From positions 1-49,048 of the forward strand of contig JAITNK010000098.1 of the NCBI GenBank assembly GCA_031290515.1: a DNA stretch of 49,048 nucleotides. The letters run 5' to 3'. The stretch is from Oscillospiraceae bacterium (GTDB lineage Bacteria; Bacillota; Clostridia; Oscillospirales; Oscillospiraceae). Below, in pieces: positions 44,611-49,048 of the stretch; positions within the stretch are counted from its first letter, which is position 1; every line of letters starts with the position of its first letter. The position numbers and the translations under genes are program-made. The notes under the pieces were generated by a model. The model was not told the origin of the DNA. It saw only the letters and a program-made list of their open reading frames with translations, and searched no databases.

Positions 44611-46085
44611 GCGCATATCTGATGCTCCGCGGCCGCGCGTTCGACGCGGACGCGCCGAAGTGCGCCGGACACCCGACACTTACCGCCGATTTGGAGCTTA
44701 CGCACATCATTAAAGCTATGGCGCGGGGCGACGGCGTTATCCGCGACGCGTGCGCCGCCGCGCTGCTTACGCCGCTTCAGACGCGTGAGGAGATAGAGTT
44801 CCGCCATACTGTACTCCGGGACGCGCAGGCAAATTCGGACGCGGTTCGCCGGCTTTACGAAATCATCGCGGACGCGGATAAAATCCGCGACGACGGATGG
44901 CGCGCATTTTCCGGCACGTCGGACGCAAAGATTTATCTGCACGCGCTCGACGTACTGGTTGCCTACCTTGATTCGCTTGCGAAGCTGCGCATTGCGGCGA
45001 ACGGAGACGCGGCGCGTTTCAAGTCGGACGGTATGAAAAACCTGTACGCTATGCTTTTAACAGAGCTGGACGACGAACTTTTCACCGAAGCGCGCCGCCG
45101 GATTAACGAAATGTCCGCGATTAACACGGTGCTGGTCAGCGCGGAACTTGACGACAATCTGTTTGGCGTTAACTACACCCTGCGCAAGAAAAAAAGCGGT
45201 ACGGCTTGGCTGCAATGGCGGCTTGCCCCGATTTACAGTTTTGACGAGGACACGAGCGGTATGACGTTCGGAAAAGACGACTGGGAATCCCGCCGCGACC
45301 GCGCGTTCAACGATTTGGCGTACGTTCTCGCGCAGGCGGCGCGGTACCTCGACACGTTTTTCGCAATGCTGCGCCGCGAGCTCGCGTTCTACATAGGCTG
45401 TCTGAATCTTGAGGACACGCTCCGAGCTATCGGCGCGCCGTACTGTCTGCCGGAGCTTCGGGACGCCGGACGCTTCGACCGCAGTTACCGAAATCTGTAC
45501 GATTTGAGTCTTACGCTCGTGACCGGCAAACCCGCCGTCGGCAACGAGCTTGACAGCGCGGACACGAAGCTCTACGTCGTCACCGGCGCGAATCAGGGCG
45601 GCAAGTCCACTTTTCTGCGAAGCGTCGGACAGGCGCAGCTTATGGCGCAGTGCGGTATGCCTGCGGCTGCGGACGGCGCGAGTTTTCCGCTGCGCGGCAA
45701 CGTGTTCACGCACTTCAAGCGCGAGGAGGACGCGGGTATGCGCTCCGGCAAGCTCGACGAGGAAATGCGCCGAATGGACGCAATCGTCGAAAATACCGCG
45801 CCGCACTCAATGGTGCTGCTGAACGAGTCGTTCGCGTCCACGAACGAGCGCGAGGGTTCGGAGATTTGCCGCCGGATTACGCGGGGCTTCACGCGCAACG
45901 GCGTCGAAGTGTTTTCCGTGTCGCACCTGTACGCGTACGCGTCGTCGTTTGCCGGGGAGGATAACACGCTTTTCTTACGCGCGCAGCGTCTCTCCGACGG
46001 CACGCGCACATTCAGGCTCGAGCGCGCGGAGCCTCTCGCGACCGCGTTCGGCGAGGAGCTGTACCACAGGATTTTCGGGGAGTGA
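44598..46085 (+). CDS. MutS-family core/ATPase-only protein, paralog B
   Basis: 13-nt overlap with paralog A. Walker A GANQGGKST, Walker B MVLLNE (D to N), and IEFRHTVLRDAQ. Confidence 0.8.
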   Translation: MQKLSAYLMLRGRAFDADAPKCAGHPTLTADLELTHIIKAMARGDGVIRDACAAALLTPLQTREEIEFRHTVLRDAQANSDAVRRLYEIIADADKIRDDGWRAFSGTSDAKIYLHALDVLVAYLDSLAKLRIAANGDAARFKSDGMKNLYAMLLTELDDELFTEARRRINEMSAINTVLVSAELDDNLFGVNYTLRKKKSGTAWLQWRLAPIYSFDEDTSGMTFGKDDWESRRDRAFNDLAYVLAQAARYLDTFFAMLRRELAFYIGCLNLEDTLRAIGAPYCLPELRDAGRFDRSYRNLYDLSLTLVTGKPAVGNELDSADTKLYVVTGANQGGKSTFLRSVGQAQLMAQCGMPAAADGASFPLRGNVFTHFKREEDAGMRSGKLDEEMRRMDAIVENTAPHSMVLLNESFASTNEREGSEICRRITRGFTRNGVEVFSVSHLYAYASSFAGEDNTLFLRAQRLSDGTRTFRLERAEPLATAFGEELYHRIFGE

Positions 46086-46194
46086 AAGGGCGCGGAGGGA
46101 ACGCTCAAAAATCGTCTGATTTACCGCAATTTCCGCGACGCCGATAATATTTCCTCCGTTTTCCGCCGCATAATACCGCTTGCGCGCTTGCCGT

Positions 46195-47736
46195 TCAGGG
46201 CAGCCACTCTCCGCCGACGTCGGCGCGCGTCAGGTGGTACTCAATGACGTCGAGGACGAACGGGACGTATTTTTCGCCGTGTTCGTCCATCAGCTCGTGG
46301 TATTCGCCGGAGTTTGTGGGTCGGAACGGCGCGGAGACGTTGTAATAGTCTCCGAAAGCCGCGCGCTCCGCGTCCGTCCACTTATAGACTTCCCCGACGC
46401 AGCCGAGGTTGCGGCGCAGCCGCTGTTCGACGAGCGCGTGCGCCGCCTTGAATCCGTCGAAGCCAAGCAGCGCGGACTTCGCGAAATCGTCGTCCTCCAG
46501 ATAATAATAGCACTCGCAGAACGCGTAGTTCAGTACGCAGTCCGTGCCGGAGATGTTAAAATCCATAAGTCCGGCGAGCTTACCGCCGTCAAAAAGCAGA
46601 TTCGAGTTGTTCAAATCCGCCTGAAAGACGGCTTTCGGCAGCGCGCGGTACGTCGGCTCGAACGCGGCGTAGCGTCTGCGAAACTCCCGTACGAGCGCGG
46701 CGATACGCTCCGCGTACTGCGGGTAGTCCGCGCTTATGCGCCGCTCGAGTCCGGCGGCGTTTGCGAGGATTTCGACGTCCTCGTCGTCCGGCGAAAACCT
46801 GTCGTATATGTCGTACGCGCTCACCCACGGGACGAGCGGCGCGGAGCTTGCCGCGACGAGTCCGAGTCCGCGGAACAGCTCCTCCGCGAAGTTCTCGCGC
46901 TTGCAGTTTTTGTCCTGCGCGAATTTTGAGAACTCCTCCGCCCAGACGACGTAACCGTTAAGTTCGGCGGTATAATCGCCGGCGGCGGTTCGCAGATAGC
47001 GCGGCGCGTAAATCCCGAGCGCGTTGTACCGCTCCGTGAGGTCTGCCCAGCCGTTCACGCGCTCGCGAGTCGAGAAGCCGCTTTTCGCGGCTTTTATCAC
47101 GCATTTGCCTCGCCCGTGGAACTCGGCGAAAAACGTGAGCCGCAAGTCGTTTTTGCGCTGCGAGCCGTCGTGAAACGCGATGCTCACCGACGGTTCCGCG
47201 GAAAACAGCGCGGCGAGAGCCGCCGTGTCGAATCCGTCCGCGAGCATACATTTCTTGAACATAAGCAGTTTCGCGCCGAAGCGTTCCTTGTCGCCGAACG
47301 GGTCGCGCGTGAATCCGCAACGCTCGAAAAACGCGATTGCGGGCGCGTCCGTCTCACCGGCGCGCAGGAAAATCTCGCCTATGCCGAGCGTTTTGAAATA
47401 CTCCGCCGCGTACTCCATAAGCCGCCGCCCGAACCCTTTGCCGCGATGCTCGGGAAGTATGTAAACCGTCTCGACGCAGCCTGTGTCCAGGTCGCCGTAA
47501 AGTTCGCGCTTTTCAAGGACAATCAGACCGACGGAAACGCCGCCGAGCGTCGCCGCGACGATTGAATCCGGCGCGCCGGCAAACTGCCGCCGCCTTGCGT
47601 CAAGCTCTTTTGCGTAGAATTCGTCGGAGACTTCAGCCCCGAGCGTCAGTTTATACGTCTCGCGGAACGCCGACGAGTACAAGTGCGGCTGCGCGTCAAC
47701 GTCGAGCGGTGCGAAATCCGGTTTATTTGTTTCCAC
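46195..47736 (-). CDS. Fusion of a GNAT acetyltransferase (N-terminal) and an aminoglycoside-phosphotransferase-like kinase (C-terminal)
   Basis: GNAT motif A HRGKGFGRRLMEYAAEY...FFERCGF. APH-like catalytic loop FQADLNNSNLLFD and GLMDFNISG. GTG start 8-9 nt after GGAGG. Confidence 0.75.
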   Translation of the reverse strand: METNKPDFAPLDVDAQPHLYSSAFRETYKLTLGAEVSDEFYAKELDARRRQFAGAPDSIVAATLGGVSVGLIVLEKRELYGDLDTGCVETVYILPEHRGKGFGRRLMEYAAEYFKTLGIGEIFLRAGETDAPAIAFFERCGFTRDPFGDKERFGAKLLMFKKCMLADGFDTAALAALFSAEPSVSIAFHDGSQRKNDLRLTFFAEFHGRGKCVIKAAKSGFSTRERVNGWADLTERYNALGIYAPRYLRTAAGDYTAELNGYVVWAEEFSKFAQDKNCKRENFAEELFRGLGLVAASSAPLVPWVSAYDIYDRFSPDDEDVEILANAAGLERRISADYPQYAERIAALVREFRRRYAAFEPTYRALPKAVFQADLNNSNLLFDGGKLAGLMDFNISGTDCVLNYAFCECYYYLEDDDFAKSALLGFDGFKAAHALVEQRLRRNLGCVGEVYKWTDAERAAFGDYYNVSAPFRPTNSGEYHELMDEHGEKYVPFVLDVIEYHLTRADVGGEWLP

Positions 47737-47762
47737 AGCGCGTACCTCCGAAAATTACATAA

Positions 47763-47805
47763 CGCATATTTTCATTATTATAGCGCATATTTTCGCGGGT
47801 TACAA
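47763..47805 (-). promoter_or_regulatory. Promoter TTGTAA-17-TATAAT bracketed by two GAAAATATGCG direct repeats (21-nt period)
   Basis: Minus strand: TTGTAA (47805-47800) and TATAAT (47782-47777). The repeats are at 47794-47784 (in the spacer) and 47773-47763 (just downstream of -10). Confidence 0.5.
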
Positions 47806-47833
47806 TGCGGAAGCCTTACGCCGTCAGCCGCGC

Positions 47834-49048
47834 TCACGCATAGAGCGCAAGCAGCACCGGTAAACCGCGCATAACGTATGTGTTTTCGCCTGTTTTCTGG
47901 ATTATCCAGTGCATAAACTCCGGACTGCCGTCGCGGGTTAAACCTCCGGGAAACGCCCCCGGGTCTGCGTACATTTTCCCGAATCCGGCAAGTTCCCCGT
48001 CCCACTCTATTCCGCAATCATAATCGGCAATCCACTGGTCTTGCGTCAGACTATACGCTTCGGTTGCCGTCAGGTTAAGCGATTTAAGCCACTCTTTTTC
48101 TTGCGTTTCGTCATATACCGTCACGGAATGCAGAATATAATCTGTAATAGTGAATGACTGTCCGGCGTGTGAAACGCTCAGATAATCAAGCATTATCCGC
48201 CCCAGTTCCGCCGCAATTGCATCGATACTCGTTTCTTTCGTTGTTAATTCAAAGATAACCGGACAGTCAACCGCGCTTCTGAACACAAGCCAGTCGTCGT
48301 CGTACTTCGCGTTATACAACACTATTGCCTCCTCCGTGGGTTCCGATGCCGCGTCGAACGTAATTTGATTAACCCCCGCACCAAGCAAAATGCTCTTTGC
48401 GATTGCGTCGATTTGTTCCGGCGTGAAGCTGCTTCGGTCAAGGTCAAACGCGACGTAAACCGGAAGCGTTTTGCTGTAAGAAACTATGCCGAAATTGTAG
48501 TCCGCTTCGCCGTAATTCCCCGAGGCGGAGCCGTTGCCGCTAAACGCAAGGTCATTGTAGACGTAGGTCGTCGCGGTCGCAAGCGCGCCGGTGTCGCTGA
48601 CAACGTCGTACTTTTCGTTAATCAGGAAGCTGTAATGCGCGCCCAAACCGATTTGATTGTAAACCATCATCGGCGAAAACTCCGCCGCCGGGACGCCGGC
48701 AAGCGCGTCGGGGTCGTAGATGTTGTAGCCGAGACTTCCGACCGCAATGCCGTTTGCGCCGAGCACCGGAATGTTGGAAAACGTGCCGGAAATGCCGTCG
48801 GGATACAGCGATTTGCCGCTGTCGATTGTCATTCCGTCCGGCAGAACTACCGCGAGCCTGAACGCAGCGTCAAAAACAGCCGCGCTGTATTCGGTTTTGC
48901 CGTCCTCGTTTGCGGGGAACGCGACTAAATATCCGTTGCCGTCAGGCGTTGTGATAACGGGCGCGGCGGGCGTAGGGCTTGTCGCGGCGGGCGTGGGCGT
49001 TGCGCTGACCGGCGCGTCCGGCGTGGGGCTGACCGGTGCGTCCGGCGT
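47834..49048 (-). CDS. Secreted or cell-surface protein with a Pro/Thr-rich repeat linker; 5' end outside the window
   Basis: I translated the frame upstream of the track start at 48832 by hand. It stays open to 49048 (...TPDAPVSPTPDAPVSATPTPAATSPTPAAPVITTPDGNGYLVAFPANEDGK...), so the gene is 5'-partial. Confidence 0.7.
   Translation of the reverse strand, partial: TPDAPVSPTPDAPVSATPTPAATSPTPAAPVITTPDGNGYLVAFPANEDGKTEYSAAVFDAAFRLAVVLPDGMTIDSGKSLYPDGISGTFSNIPVLGANGIAVGSLGYNIYDPDALAGVPAAEFSPMMVYNQIGLGAHYSFLINEKYDVVSDTGALATATTYVYNDLAFSGNGSASGNYGEADYNFGIVSYSKTLPVYVAFDLDRSSFTPEQIDAIAKSILLGAGVNQITFDAASEPTEEAIVLYNAKYDDDWLVFRSAVDCPVIFELTTKETSIDAIAAELGRIMLDYLSVSHAGQSFTITDYILHSVTVYDETQEKEWLKSLNLTATEAYSLTQDQWIADYDCGIEWDGELAGFGKMYADPGAFPGGLTRDGSPEFMHWIIQKTGENTYVMRGLPVLLALYA
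49004..49048. repeat. 24-bp tandem repeat encoding TPDAPVS(P/A), truncated by the window edge
   Basis: GCTGACCGGCGCGTCCGGCGTGGG is followed by GCTGACCGGTGCGTCCGGCGT. Confidence 0.7.

Overview
High-G+C, Gram-positive (Clostridia-like) chromosomal segment. The taxonomic guess is an inference from strong GGAGG Shine-Dalgarno sites, many TTGACA-17-TATAAT promoters, and the gene set gdpP-rplI-dnaB-tilS-hpt-ftsH, HPr, DegV and TmcAL. Most of the window is housekeeping: metK, pyrB, purB, an aspartate aminotransferase, guaA, ackA, hpt, ftsH, dnaB, rplI and a heterodimeric ABC exporter. No rRNA, tRNA, CRISPR array, transposase or integrase could be supported.

Several parts are less ordinary:
- An ECF sigma factor, a polytopic membrane protein and an ABC ATPase are followed by three paralogous ABC-2 permeases (2444-8083).
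- A translationally coupled membrane operon encodes a 28-aa peptide, a 700-aa polytopic protein, a 49-aa peptide and a 327-aa P-type-ATPase-derived protein lacking all catalytic motifs (8839-12192).
- A ~56-bp promoter module with a 9-10 nt homopolymeric C tract in an over-long 20-nt spacer occurs twice (8754-8809 on the plus strand, 26197-26252 on the minus strand).
- The second copy drives a low-G+C two-gene islet of orphan proteins (about 24990-26260).
- A ~65-nt GC-rich structured element recurs, always sense-oriented, in the 5' leaders of three unrelated genes (16392-16457, 34989-35064, 41795-41864).
- A hybrid sensor kinase is split by one in-frame TAG at 14074.
- PyrB carries a fused PyrI-type zinc domain and is translationally coupled to HPr.
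- Two MutS-core/ATPase-only paralogs sit in tandem (43021-46085).
- A GNAT-APH fusion protein is present (46195-47736).

The strongest candidates for an undescribed system are the dead-ATPase membrane operon, the poly-C promoter module with its islet, and the MutS-like pair. All family assignments come from reading motifs by eye; no database search was run.
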